Positions 30,241-42,079 of a DNA stretch of 64,000 nucleotides are shown here, piece by piece. This DNA comes from Candidatus Aenigmatarchaeota archaeon (GTDB lineage: Archaea > Aenigmatarchaeota > Aenigmatarchaeia > QMZP01 > QMZT01). How positions within the stretch are numbered: the stretch's first letter is position 1; each line of letters opens with the position of its first letter. The translations under genes were made by a program, and so were the position numbers. The notes beneath the pieces were generated by a model. The model searched no databases and was not told the origin of the DNA. It saw only the letters and a list, made by a program, of their open reading frames with translations. The stretch is from the NCBI GenBank assembly GCA_043808015.1, contig JAZDFI010000008.1, positions 19,408 to 83,407 of the forward strand. The letters run 5' to 3'.

Positions 30241-30242
30241 TT

Positions 30243-31370
30243 ATGATCGACTTTGCGCTAAAGGACCTGAAGGGTCACAGGGTTAGAACAATTCTCACCG
30301 GACTAGGCATACTCATAGCCATAACGGCAATCGTTTCTCTTGGTTCCATATCGGCCGGCATAAACGAGATGGTCACATCGACCACGAGCAAAGTTGGTTC
30401 CGATACGATTTTCATCATGAAAACTTTTGATATGTCATCGATGTCCGGCCCGCCCACGTCTTGGCAGATAAGCGACATAAGCCAGGAGGACGTCGAAGCC
30501 ATAAAATCCATTTCCGGCATCAAGCGCGCGGTCCCTGTTCTTTCAAAGAGCATGGGCGGCATCATGGAAGTCGACGCTATCGACATAGACAACCTCGACA
30601 TTTTCGGCGCTGACGACCTCACGTTCAAGGAAGGCTCGATGCCCGGGAACGATGATCAGGGAGCGGCGCTAGGATACACCGCTGCCAAAATTCTCGGCGT
30701 GAGCTCCGGCGACTACATAACGCTGAACAAAAAAGAAGTCGAAGTGATGGGCGTCGTCGAGGAAGGATACGGGTCTTATGACCTTGTCATACTTCTGCCT
30801 TACAAATACGGCGAGGAGATTTACGACGCAGAGGGCGAAGCCACGCAAGTCATGGTGGAGCCGCAGGACGTCTCTCTTGTCGATGAAATAAAAAATACAG
30901 TCAAGGATGAATTCGATGGGCTTGACGCCATGACCATGGAGGACGCGCTCTCCATGTCGAAACAGATGACCCAGACGCTCGACATCATGACACTGGGCAT
31001 AGGTTTCATCGCATCGCTCGTCGCTGCAATAGGCATCATAATAACGATGTATACGTCCGTTCTCGAGCGACGAAGGCAACTGGGCATAATGAAAGCCGTA
31101 GGCGCGCTGAGAAGAACGATAATGAAGCAGATACTCGAAGAAGCGCTTTTGATTTCGCTGGTAAGCAGCATGATCGGCCTCGGCATATCTTTCGTTTTCG
31201 TGGACCTGATAAACAACGTCCTGCTCGGCGGGACGAAAATAGCGACCATAACGCCGCTCCTTGGCATAGGGGCGGTCGCGTATGGCGTGATGATTACAAT
31301 CATATCCAGTCTGTATCCGGCATGGGTGGCGGTTAAAATCGACCCCATAGAGGCGATAAGAAAGGGTTAG
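30243..31370 (+). CDS. ABC transporter permease (FtsX/MacB type)
   Basis: RTILTGLGI..; SVLERRRQLGIMKAVGA; DPIEAIR. Confidence 0.92.
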   Translation: MIDFALKDLKGHRVRTILTGLGILIAITAIVSLGSISAGINEMVTSTTSKVGSDTIFIMKTFDMSSMSGPPTSWQISDISQEDVEAIKSISGIKRAVPVLSKSMGGIMEVDAIDIDNLDIFGADDLTFKEGSMPGNDDQGAALGYTAAKILGVSSGDYITLNKKEVEVMGVVEEGYGSYDLVILLPYKYGEEIYDAEGEATQVMVEPQDVSLVDEIKNTVKDEFDGLDAMTMEDALSMSKQMTQTLDIMTLGIGFIASLVAAIGIIITMYTSVLERRRQLGIMKAVGALRRTIMKQILEEALLISLVSSMIGLGISFVFVDLINNVLLGGTKIATITPLLGIGAVAYGVMITIISSLYPAWVAVKIDPIEAIRKG

Positions 31371-31371
31371 C

Positions 31372-32478
31372 ATGCTTTGGGAAAATATTTTAAGGGAATT
31401 CGGAAGGCATAAGTTCAGGACAGCGCTAACGATACTCGGCGTTATGATAGGCATATTCCTCGTAACCAGCGTTTCCTCATTTTCCGAGGGGATAATCTAC
31501 TACGTCAACGACCAGATAAAAGTGACGTCCGGCCTTATCACAGTCCACCAGAGCGACATCGCCGGTTTCAACATACAGGCCAGCGAGATAGACCAGGCCC
31601 TCGTGAGCGACGTGGAAGGCATATCCGGCGTGGAAAAGGTCGCGCCCATACTTTACGCTAACATAGACGGCGTCGGCACCGCGATAGGCATATCAAAAGA
31701 AGGAGAAAACATACTGCGCGGCGTTAACATGGAGATAGAAGAAGGACGGGATTTCAGCGAGGGACAAAAAGAAGTTGTTGCAGGAAAGACGTTCGCGGAC
31801 AACAGCAATTACGTGGTCGGCGACCTGATCAAAATTGAAAACACGGAATTCGAGATAGTAGGCATACTGCAGAAGACGGGCAGGAGCGACATCGACAACG
31901 CGATAAATCTTGACCTGGCCGAGCTGCAGGACGCCACCGGTAAAAAAGACATGATAACCCTGATGATGATACAACCGTCGACACCCGAAGACGCGGATTA
32001 CATAGAGCAGGCGGTCAACGACAATTTCGACGAGATAGAGGCGATGACGGACAAGAGCATAATGAATTCGGTCAATGACATGCTGGGTCAGCTCAACGCG
32101 CTCACGTTCGCGCTAGGCAGCATAGCCGCTCTCATTTCCGGCATAGTGATAATGAACGTGATGATAATCGCCGTGCGCGAGAGACGCAGGGAGATAGGAA
32201 CGATGAAAGCGATAGGAGCGACCAACCGCCAGGTGTTACTATCGATTCTTTTGGAATCGATAACCATAAGCCTCATCGGAGCGGTGATAGGCGTGGCCTT
32301 GAGTTTCGGAGGAGCGGCTTTCATCAACAGCATATTGTTCAGTCCCATCGCCCTCATAACGCCGCGCCTCATGCTACAGAGCATTCTATTCGCGACTTTC
32401 ATAGGCGCTGTTTCGGGCATCGTTCCCGCAAGACAGGCCGCAAAACTCAATCCCATAGAATCGCTGAGATACGAATGA
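31372..32478 (+). CDS. ABC transporter permease (FtsX/MacB type)
   Basis: ERRREIGTMKAIGA; LNPIESLRYE. Confidence 0.92.
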   Translation: MLWENILREFGRHKFRTALTILGVMIGIFLVTSVSSFSEGIIYYVNDQIKVTSGLITVHQSDIAGFNIQASEIDQALVSDVEGISGVEKVAPILYANIDGVGTAIGISKEGENILRGVNMEIEEGRDFSEGQKEVVAGKTFADNSNYVVGDLIKIENTEFEIVGILQKTGRSDIDNAINLDLAELQDATGKKDMITLMMIQPSTPEDADYIEQAVNDNFDEIEAMTDKSIMNSVNDMLGQLNALTFALGSIAALISGIVIMNVMIIAVRERRREIGTMKAIGATNRQVLLSILLESITISLIGAVIGVALSFGGAAFINSILFSPIALITPRLMLQSILFATFIGAVSGIVPARQAAKLNPIESLRYE

Positions 32479-32482
32479 ATTT

Positions 32483-33250
32483 TTAGTGGCCTTCGAAAAC
32501 AATTTTCATAACAAGTATTACAGCTATTCCCATTATCAGCATCGCAACCTGGATGAACGACTTCTTTTTGTCGCTGCTGCTACGATGAAGCTCCGGTATC
32601 AGGTCCGAAGCGGCGATGTATATGAAACCTCCGGCCGCGAAAGGCACGAGAAAAATCGCTAGGTTATCAGCGAAGTAGCTTGCAATTATAGCCACCGCGG
32701 CTCCTGCGACCGCTGTCAGCGCGGTCATGAAGTTCATCATCAGCGCCTTTTTGCGCTTGAAACCGCCGTGCATGAGCACGCCGAAGTCGCCTATCTCCTG
32801 AGGTATTTCATGGAGTATTACGGCGAACGTTGTAGTGATGCCCAGCGGCACGGAGACGAGATAGCTGGCGCCTATTATCAGACCGTCTATGAAGTTGTGC
32901 ACGCTGTCGCCTACCAGATTCATGTAAGCGAACGGGTGAGGATGGGATTCGCTGGTCGGCACGTGGCAGTGGCGCCAGTGCACGAATTTTTCGACCACGA
33001 AAAAGATAATCATGCCCGACAATAACGATATCGATATCTCAAGGCCGAAACCCGACGCTTCGACGGCTTCCGGTAGCAGGTGTATGAAAGCGCCGCCCAG
33101 CAATCCGCCTGCCGAGAATCCCACGAGATAAAGCAGTATTTTTGACAGTTTCTCTTCCTTTATGGAAATCGTTATTACGCCTATTAGCGAAATGGCGCTG
33201 ACAATCAGAACACTCGCGATTGCGTAGAACCAGGTTTCCAGCAAAACCAT
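32483..33250 (-). CDS. ZIP-family metal transporter
   Basis: HLLPEA, HNFIDG, HEIPQEIGDF, SDLIPELH. Confidence 0.93.
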   Translation of the reverse strand: MVLLETWFYAIASVLIVSAISLIGVITISIKEEKLSKILLYLVGFSAGGLLGGAFIHLLPEAVEASGFGLEISISLLSGMIIFFVVEKFVHWRHCHVPTSESHPHPFAYMNLVGDSVHNFIDGLIIGASYLVSVPLGITTTFAVILHEIPQEIGDFGVLMHGGFKRKKALMMNFMTALTAVAGAAVAIIASYFADNLAIFLVPFAAGGFIYIAASDLIPELHRSSSDKKKSFIQVAMLIMGIAVILVMKIVFEGH

Positions 33251-33302
33251 GCAAACTATTATTATTTTCTTCTATAAAAGCGCGCTCGAATTTAATATCT
33301 AT

Positions 33303-34616
33303 ATGGCCAATAAAGTTGTCCATCACGATGCACATCCAGCACTCAAACGCGAGATAACGCTGTGGCAGGCGACCCTTACGGGCATAGGCCTTATCCTTGG
33401 CGCAGGCATTTACGCGCTGATTGGAAAGGCGTCAGCTATCGCTGGTAACGGCGTGTGGCTTTCATTCGCACTGTCTGCGCTGGTGGCGATATTTACGGGC
33501 CTGAGCTACGCTGAGCTCAGTTCGATATTTCCCAAGGCCGGCGCAGAGTATGTTTACAGCAAACACGCGTTCGGCAGGAAGCTCGCCTTCATAATCGGCT
33601 GGCTGGTAATAATATCCGGGTTCGTGTTTTCAGCGACGGTTGCGTTCGGCTTCGCCGGCTATTTCGAAAAGCTTTTCGGCGCGCCTTACATGCTGACAGC
33701 AGTAGTGCTCATTTTGCTGCTATCCTTCCTGGTTTTCTATGGCATCAAGGAATCGGTCTGGTTCGGGGTGATAGCGACATTGATCGAGATGGTAGGCCTT
33801 ATCATAGTAATCATACTCGGCATTCCCTACCTAGGCCGGGTGGATTATTTTGATTTTCCAAGTCTTACGGGCGTCTTCACAGCGGCAGCTCTCGTGTTTT
33901 TTGCGTATGTGGGATTCGAACAGATATCCCGTTTGTCCGAGGAGACGAAGAATCCGAGGGTCAACATCCATCGCGCGACTCTGTTGGCCATCGCAGTAAC
34001 GACAATACTTTACATACTCGTCGCTGTCGCTGCTGTATCGATACTCGACTGGAACGTCTTAGGCGCTTCGAATGCCCCGATTGCGGACATCGCTTCAAAA
34101 ATACTCGGGCCGCAGGGCTTCGTCGTTCTCTCGATAATCGCGCTGTTCGCGACTGCGAATACCGTCCTCTTCATGATGGTGGCGACCGCGCGCATGATTT
34201 ATGGCGTAGGCAAATCGTTCTCGCACGAAAGCATATTGGCGCGCGTGCACTCGAAGACCCGCACGCCCTGGGTGGCGACAATAATAACTGCCGTATTTTC
34301 GGTCGTCGCGCTCGGCTTCGGAAAGATAGACGTAGTCGCGAACATGACGGACTTCCTGATATTCGTCGTGTTCATCGTCATAAACGCCGCGGCGATAAAG
34401 CTGCGCTACACCAGCGAGCGCGAAGCGCATCATTTCAAGATGCCACTCAATATAGGACGCTTCCCGATTATACCCGTATTCGGCATAGTGTCATGCATCG
34501 CACTGATGGCCCACGTGAATTTAGACATAGTGGTTTATTCCGTTATTACGATCGCGATAGGCTTCGCGATAGCCGAAATCCTGGAGAGAAAAGGCATAAA
34601 GGCAAAATTCGAATAA
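33303..34616 (+). CDS. APC-family amino acid permease
   Basis: ILGAGIY, SYAELSS.FP.AG.EY, FFAYVGFE. Confidence 0.92.
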   Translation: MANKVVHHDAHPALKREITLWQATLTGIGLILGAGIYALIGKASAIAGNGVWLSFALSALVAIFTGLSYAELSSIFPKAGAEYVYSKHAFGRKLAFIIGWLVIISGFVFSATVAFGFAGYFEKLFGAPYMLTAVVLILLLSFLVFYGIKESVWFGVIATLIEMVGLIIVIILGIPYLGRVDYFDFPSLTGVFTAAALVFFAYVGFEQISRLSEETKNPRVNIHRATLLAIAVTTILYILVAVAAVSILDWNVLGASNAPIADIASKILGPQGFVVLSIIALFATANTVLFMMVATARMIYGVGKSFSHESILARVHSKTRTPWVATIITAVFSVVALGFGKIDVVANMTDFLIFVVFIVINAAAIKLRYTSEREAHHFKMPLNIGRFPIIPVFGIVSCIALMAHVNLDIVVYSVITIAIGFAIAEILERKGIKAKFE

Positions 34617-34647
34617 TTTTATCGCGTGTTTTTCTGAAAAAATTTTA

Positions 34648-34766
34648 AGCGGAGGGAGGGAGTTGAACCCCCTTATGCCGGTATCTGCTCAGGATGACGC
34701 AGATTGCATCTGCGTCCGTCGCTTAGTCCGCTGCAGCCGGCCACATGGCCGTTTTGTTACCTCCGC
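34648..34766 (-). tRNA. tRNA-Cys(GCA) with 37/38 intron (34683-34730)
   Basis: GCGGAGG acceptor, GCCGG-CTGCAG|intron|A-CCGGC, T-arm GGGGGTTCAACTCCCTC; BHB helix CTGC/GCAG. Confidence 0.88.
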
Positions 34767-34901
34767 TTGTTTTCGGCTTTGTCTTGGTTATAATGTGTAA
34801 TAATTACATAGCATATAGATTATTAAAAATTACATTTTTCCCGTTTCCTTGGAAATGGAAGGATAATATATATTTATGTAAAATTTCCATCTTAATTTTG
34901 T

Positions 34902-35246
34902 ATGACAGACAATGATTCATATTTGTTGTCGCTGAAACACTCCTTATGGAATGTCCTTGCCGGAACGAGGGGCGGCGTGACCAGAATATGCATACTGAAA
35001 CTGCTCAGGAAGAGGCCCTACAACATAAATCAGCTCCATGAAAAACTAAAGCTGGATTACAAAACAATTCAACATCACATAAGGGTTTTGACAAACAACA
35101 AAATAATCACGGTCGAGAACGAAAAAAAATACGGATCGATGTATTTCATCTCGCCATTTTTGGAGAAACATATGTATCTTTTTGATGAAATCTTGGGGAA
35201 AATTGGGAAAAGGGAGTTAAATAACAACGAAAATAGTATTGTATAA
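34902..35246 (+). CDS. ArsR-like winged-helix regulator
   Basis: LW..LAGTRGG.TR..I, P.NINQL...LDYKTIQHH. Confidence 0.88.
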   Translation: MTDNDSYLLSLKHSLWNVLAGTRGGVTRICILKLLRKRPYNINQLHEKLKLDYKTIQHHIRVLTNNKIITVENEKKYGSMYFISPFLEKHMYLFDEILGKIGKRELNNNENSIV

Positions 35247-35255
35247 AGTGATTGG

Positions 35256-35543
35256 ATGAACTACGTGGCATTGTCGTCGCTGGTAATCGACATATTGAAC
35301 ATAGTAGTCGTTGGTATGCTTTTCTACGTTTATATCAAAAATTACAGGCTAATAAGGTCGAGATATAATTTGGGTCTGGTGGTTTTTTCCCTGATTTTCC
35401 TTCTGCAAAACATAGTTATCACGCACTTGAGCTTTTTTGCGTGGCCGGCCAGCATCGGCGATGCGGTAATGCTTGACATAATAACAATAAACTTCATCGA
35501 GCTTGTCGGCATGGCGACTCTTCTTTACATAACTTGGAAGTAA
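35256..35543 (+). CDS. Small three-TM membrane protein paired with the ArsR-like regulator
   Basis: Hydrophobic, Y.KNY..IRS...GL..F motif; directly follows the regulator. Confidence 0.75.
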   Translation: MNYVALSSLVIDILNIVVVGMLFYVYIKNYRLIRSRYNLGLVVFSLIFLLQNIVITHLSFFAWPASIGDAVMLDIITINFIELVGMATLLYITWK

Positions 35544-35647
35544 ACTGGAGTTTTGTGGGAATAAATTAGGAATACCGATATAAAGCGGTTTTGGCAAATA
35601 GAGTCTAGAAAAGCTATCAAGTAAAATCTTTTAAGAATAACATTAAA

Positions 35648-35728
35648 TCCACGGTCTGGTCAAAGAGGTGCGGCATTAGCCCCCCGTGATGCAGGGTTAA
35701 AATTCGCGCCCTGATCAGAAGGCCATGG
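35648..35728 (+). repeat. 81-nt structured element, copy 1
   Basis: Identical to 45851-45931; folds as a long hairpin. Confidence 0.85.
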
Positions 35729-35783
35729 ATGGTTTTACCTGAGTACGGTTTTTAAAAACAACTAAAGAGGGAGGAGTGTATAC

Positions 35784-36140
35784 ATGAAAGTCGTAAAGAA
35801 GGATGGAAGAGAGGAAAATTTCGACCATAACAAAATCAAAATAGGCATTGAAAAAGCGGCAGAGAGGGTTGGTGTCGAAAAGGAAAGAGCTAGACTGATA
35901 GCAGAAAAATTGGCGAAGGATGTGGAAAACCATTTAAGAAGCACCGCTACTGAGAGCAATCTCACAAGCGTGAAAAGCAGTGATATAAGACATAGGGTCA
36001 TCGAGGCTCTCGAAAAAGAAGAAAAGACAATCGCCGATTCTTTGAGGGAGTACAAAAAAGAGCAGACCCACAAACAGAGCCAGGAGCAGATTCACCACAC
36101 AGAAACAAGAGCAGATCCACAAACAGAAACAAAATGTTAG
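35784..36140 (+). CDS. Stand-alone ATP-cone domain protein
   Basis: MKVVKKDGREENFD..KI..I.KA; SSDIR..V...L. Confidence 0.85.
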   Translation: MKVVKKDGREENFDHNKIKIGIEKAAERVGVEKERARLIAEKLAKDVENHLRSTATESNLTSVKSSDIRHRVIEALEKEEKTIADSLREYKKEQTHKQSQEQIHHTETRADPQTETKC

Positions 36141-36383
36141 TGCTGATGACTCATGCCACAGCCTTTATTTATTTTTTTAACAATGGCACGTGAAGCAAAG
36201 CCGGACTGATGCGGAATGCTATCGAGAAAAATCAAAATATGAACTGTCAAACATGATGATCATCCCATGGTCAAATTCTTTTGAACTGTATTTTACCACT
36301 TTAGTTGACTAAAAAACAAATTTATTGAAAAGCTATTTAAGAGGGCGCCGGGTTAACTTAAAATATCCAGAACACTTCTTGTT

Positions 36384-36839
36384 TTGGCTATCGAGGGTTG
36401 TATCATGGTAAAAACCACGGAAATAGTCGTCATCGATCTGATGAAACCGGCAAAGACTGTAATGAAGGATATGGATATACACAAGGCACTCCACATGATG
36501 AGAACGGAGAACATCGATTTACTTTCCGTGGTTGACGACAAGCACACTCTGATAGGCGCGGTCAGCGAAGCGAACATGTTAAAACTGGTGAAGCAGGACC
36601 CGCCATCTCTGGGCGATCCGGTTTGGTACGACTCGCTTGAACATGACGCGGGCAATAAACCAATAGAGACGATAATGACGAGAGGCATAACCACGATAGG
36701 CACGAATGACACGGCTGCCACCGCCCTCAAGGTCATGAGCGCGACCGGCTACAAACTTCTTCACGTTGTCGGCCCGGCAGGAAGGCTGCTTGGCATCATA
36801 AGGATGAAGGATATAATCGATAAGCTGCTCGGTGCTTGA
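36384..36839 (+). CDS. CBS-pair protein
   Basis: Two CBS repeats. Confidence 0.82.
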   Translation: MAIEGCIMVKTTEIVVIDLMKPAKTVMKDMDIHKALHMMRTENIDLLSVVDDKHTLIGAVSEANMLKLVKQDPPSLGDPVWYDSLEHDAGNKPIETIMTRGITTIGTNDTAATALKVMSATGYKLLHVVGPAGRLLGIIRMKDIIDKLLGA

Positions 36840-38004
36840 CATGGAACCTCTACTTGATTTGGCGTTGCTGCTCTTCGGGGCAAAGCTCGGCGGAATACTT
36901 TTCAGCAAGCTCAAGCAGCCCAGCGTGATAGGCGAGCTGGTGGCGGGCATTATACTCGGACCGTCGTTGCTGGCACTGGTCAATCCTTCAGACCTGGTCA
37001 AGGTCGTTTCTGATCTCGGCCTGCTGTTTATGATTTTGCTCGTAAGCCTCAGCATAGACTGGAAAATCCTCGAAGGACGCGCAGAACGCTTCAGCTGGAT
37101 GGAACTTACGAGAGTCATACTTGTAATAATCGCGGTTTATGCGATAGGCACCGTACTGGGATGGAACATATACACCATGGTCGTGATGGGAACTGTGATA
37201 GCGATAGCTAGTACAGCGATAGTCGCGCGCACTCTCACCGACATGAAACTTTTCAGCACGGCTGAAGGACAAACGCTGATAGGACTGGAAGTCATTGACG
37301 AGGTCGTCGCCATAGTAAGCGTCGCGATAATAGCGAATGTCATGGGAGGCTCGGAGATAACGTTGTGGCCCATAATAACCACGATATTTCTCGTCGTGGG
37401 GTTGTTCGTCGTCATGAGCCGCGTTGGTTTCAAGTTCGTCACGAGGGTCACCAGCTCTATCCAGAAATACGGCATAGACGAGGCGTTGTTCGCTTTCACG
37501 TTGCTTTTCGCTTTCCTGCTTGGCAGCATCACTGAAGGCCTTAATCTGGCGTCCGTGCTTGGCGTATTCATCGCCGGCATGATACTCTGCAGAAGCGCGC
37601 AGCATCCGATAATAACGCGCAAGGTGAAGGAGATAGGCGAAAGCTTTTTCATACCGGTGTTTTTCGCGTCCGTCGGACTGTCAATAAACCTTTTTGCCGC
37701 ATCCAGCCAGATAATCCCAATACTGATGATAATGGGCATCATCGTCGGAGTCAAGTTTGTCACGGCCATGGCGGCTTTCAAGCTGTTCCGCTACAGCCTA
37801 TCGGACGCGCTGAAGCTTTCGTCAGGCTTCGTCACGCTCTCCGAAATGACTGCGGTGATAGTCGCCGTCGCTATAGCGAAACTCGATCCGGTTTTCTACG
37901 TAGGGCTAATAGCGTCGTTCGTGCTGATTAATGCAGTATCGCCTCTCCTGATAAAATTCGCATTCGGTCGCAGGGCAAGCGCAAACAGAAGGGGATGGAG
38001 TTAA
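36832..38004 (+). CDS. CPA2 cation/H+ antiporter
   Basis: KLKQPSVIGELVAGIILGPS, FFIPVFFASVG. Confidence 0.9.
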   Translation: MLDMEPLLDLALLLFGAKLGGILFSKLKQPSVIGELVAGIILGPSLLALVNPSDLVKVVSDLGLLFMILLVSLSIDWKILEGRAERFSWMELTRVILVIIAVYAIGTVLGWNIYTMVVMGTVIAIASTAIVARTLTDMKLFSTAEGQTLIGLEVIDEVVAIVSVAIIANVMGGSEITLWPIITTIFLVVGLFVVMSRVGFKFVTRVTSSIQKYGIDEALFAFTLLFAFLLGSITEGLNLASVLGVFIAGMILCRSAQHPIITRKVKEIGESFFIPVFFASVGLSINLFAASSQIIPILMIMGIIVGVKFVTAMAAFKLFRYSLSDALKLSSGFVTLSEMTAVIVAVAIAKLDPVFYVGLIASFVLINAVSPLLIKFAFGRRASANRRGWS

Positions 38005-38023
38005 TTAAAATTTTTAATGATTT

Positions 38024-39502
38024 TCAGTAAGCTTTGGCGAAAAGCGCGGTCGCTTTCGCTGGTTTTCCGCAGATGGCGCATGCGCCTGCGTGAGCGTCAC
38101 CTTCGATGCAGCGGATTGTCGCCGTCGTTTTCTCCTTCGTCTTCTCTTCGCATTCCGCGTAGCCGCACCAGTGGGCGCGGACCATCTTCTTGTTCTGTAT
38201 GAGTTTTTCAAGTTCTTCGAAGTTTCTCGCGTCCTTTATGTTCGCTGTCAAAAACTCCTTGGCCTTCCTGAAAAGATTTTCCTGTATGTGATCGAGCGTA
38301 GTCGCTGCCGCGTGCTCTACGTCGCATTCTCTGACCGGTTTCTTCTCAGCCGTGTCGCGCCGCACGAAGACGACCTGCCCGCTCTTTATGTCGCGGGGCC
38401 CGATTTCTATGCGAAGCGGCACGCCCTTCATCTCCCATTCGTTGAACTTCCAACCGGGAGAATATAAGTCGCGGTCGTCGAGCGTGACGCTGAATTTATG
38501 CTCCAGCGCCTTTCTGATCTTTTCGCCTTCTTTAAGCACGCTCGCTTTCGTGTCGTTGTCGTAAATAGGTATTATGACTATCTGGGTCGGGGCGATCTTC
38601 GGCGGAAGGACGAGGCCCTTGTCGTCGCCGTGCGTCATTGTAAGCGCGCCTATCGTGCGCGTCGTCAGGCCCCATGACGTCTGCCAGACCAGGCGTTCTT
38701 TTCCCTTGTCGTCCATGAACTTGATGTCGAACACTTTTGCGAAATGCTGGCCGAGCTTGTGCGACGTCGCCATCTGCAGGCCGCGTCCGTCAGGCATCAG
38801 CGCCTCGAGCGCGATGGTGTAGTCCGCGCCTGCGAACGTTTCGCTCCTCGATTTCTTGCCCATTAAGACGGGAATTGCGAGCTGGGTTTCTATTAGTTCT
38901 TTGTATTGACTCGCGCGGAGGGCGACTTCTTCTTCGCACTCCTTCTCGGTCGCGTGCGCGGTGTGGCCTTCCTGCCACAGGAATTCGCGTGTTCTCAGGA
39001 AAAGCCTGGTCGCCTTCACTTCCCAGCGGATTATGTTGCACCACTGGTTGATGCGAAGGGGAAGGTCACGCCAGGAGCGAATCCATTTCGCGTAAGAATC
39101 ATACATTATAGTCTCGGATGTCGGGCGCAGCGCGTAGCGCTCTTCACCGTCGTCTTTCTTCTCAACCCAAGCGACTTCAGGCATGAAGCCTTCAAAATGC
39201 TCGGACTCCTTCTTCAGGAAGCGCTCGGGGATGAAGAGCGGGAAATACGCGTTCGATACGCCTGTCGCCTTTATCCTGTCGTCGAACCAGCGCTGTATCT
39301 TTTCCCATATGGCGAAGCCGTAAGGCCTTATGATCATGCAGCCGCTTATCGGAGCGTAATCCGCGAGGCCGGATTTCTGCACGAGCTGGTTATACCATTC
39401 GGAGAAATCGTCAGACTTCTTGATTTTCAGCCTGTCAGCTTCTTCTTTTGTGCCCTCTGGTTTCATGGCTTCGTGCTTTTGTCCGGCTTTTTTGTGCTCC
39501 AT
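38024..39502 (-). CDS. proS: Prolyl-tRNA synthetase (archaeal/eukaryal type)
   Basis: DFSEWY, LRPTSET, FLRTREFLWQEGHT, C-terminal FAKAY. Confidence 0.97.
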   Translation of the reverse strand: MEHKKAGQKHEAMKPEGTKEEADRLKIKKSDDFSEWYNQLVQKSGLADYAPISGCMIIRPYGFAIWEKIQRWFDDRIKATGVSNAYFPLFIPERFLKKESEHFEGFMPEVAWVEKKDDGEERYALRPTSETIMYDSYAKWIRSWRDLPLRINQWCNIIRWEVKATRLFLRTREFLWQEGHTAHATEKECEEEVALRASQYKELIETQLAIPVLMGKKSRSETFAGADYTIALEALMPDGRGLQMATSHKLGQHFAKVFDIKFMDDKGKERLVWQTSWGLTTRTIGALTMTHGDDKGLVLPPKIAPTQIVIIPIYDNDTKASVLKEGEKIRKALEHKFSVTLDDRDLYSPGWKFNEWEMKGVPLRIEIGPRDIKSGQVVFVRRDTAEKKPVRECDVEHAAATTLDHIQENLFRKAKEFLTANIKDARNFEELEKLIQNKKMVRAHWCGYAECEEKTKEKTTATIRCIEGDAHAGACAICGKPAKATALFAKAY

Positions 39503-39613
39503 ACATCCACCAATACGATGACAATTACTAAATTGTTAGCCTAAGTTATTAAATAATCATTCACGTTTGGGTAAATTGAACTGCAAATCACTGAAAACAA
39601 AGCTGGCGGGACG

Positions 39614-40138
39614 TTAGCGCTCTTCTTCGTACGGCCTGTAATGGGTCAGCTGCCTGCCGATTATGTATCTGATGTTCTTGGATACGATGTTGGTCGTTAT
39701 CTTGCCGATTATCTTGCCGTCCCTGACGACTGCGAGTCTTCTTACCATTCTCTTGTCCATGATTTCGCTCGCCTTTGATACGTCTTCGTTGGCGTCGATT
39801 GTTATGACTGGCGAGTTCATTATGCGTTTTACCGTGACGTAAGCCGGGTCCTTGCCCGCGGCCACGACTTTTCTAAGAATGTCGCGTTCCGTCACCACTC
39901 CAAGCGGCGTTCCGTTCTCGGACACGAGAGCCGAGCCGGTGGCGTGCTTTTCAAGCGTCTTGGCAAGCTCGGTTACTGTGGTTTCAGGGCTCACTTTTAC
40001 CCATTCCTTCATGACGTCTTTTACCTTCAAGGATGACACCAAAATATATTGGAACTGTAAATCTTTAAAAAGACCTCCCACATATAATATATGCTCATAG
40101 ATGCCACAAACTCGGCGGCGCATAACCCTATGTGCCAA
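39614..40138 (-). CDS. CBS-pair protein (true start probably near 40040)
   Basis: GVVTERDILRKVV, IMNSPVITID. Confidence 0.85.
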   Translation of the reverse strand: MAHRVMRRRVCGIYEHILYVGGLFKDLQFQYILVSSLKVKDVMKEWVKVSPETTVTELAKTLEKHATGSALVSENGTPLGVVTERDILRKVVAAGKDPAYVTVKRIMNSPVITIDANEDVSKASEIMDKRMVRRLAVVRDGKIIGKITTNIVSKNIRYIIGRQLTHYRPYEEER

Positions 40139-40263
40139 TGCTGACAGGCATTTATGACGAAGATGTGAGCTTAATTACATTCAGAAAATTAAGTTTGAAG
40201 TAGGAGAACGTGAGAAAAGCAGCGAGATTTACAAGGAGTTTAAATAAATCCCGCCAATTTTTA

Positions 40264-41855
<1,592 letters not shown>

Positions 41856-41946
41856 TATATATATCTCGCGCTCTCAACGCGTCTCCTACTTCTTCACACA
41901 GTCTTCAGCGATTGGCGCATACTCGTATGCGTCTTTCGTCAGTATT

Positions 41947-42079
41947 GGGCCGATAGATCAGCGGTAATGCGCGGGCGCAAGCCTGCGGTCGCTTGAGATC
42001 GCTCGCTTTGCAAGCGAGAGGCCGTGGGTTCAAATACGCCTTCGGCACGCCGCAGGCGATGGGAATCCCACTCGGTCCA
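41947..42079 (+). tRNA. tRNA-Ala(UGC) with two non-canonical introns (20/21: 41966-41995; 59/60: 42035-42065)
   Basis: Spliced GGGCCGATAGATCAGCGGT|AGATCGCTCGCTTTGCAAGCGAGAGGCCGTGGGTTCAAA|TCCCACTCGGTCCA; BHB helices AGCG/CGCT and TTCA/TGGG. Confidence 0.92.

Noticed and set aside
35696-35714. 81-nt element as a C/D guide against 16S GGCGCGAA
   Set aside because: Only about 8 bp of complementarity and no complete C, D', C', D box set.
39503-39613. Possible Pro-rich leader peptide upstream of proS, by analogy with thrS
   Set aside because: No uORF with Pro codons and no strong hairpins are visible.
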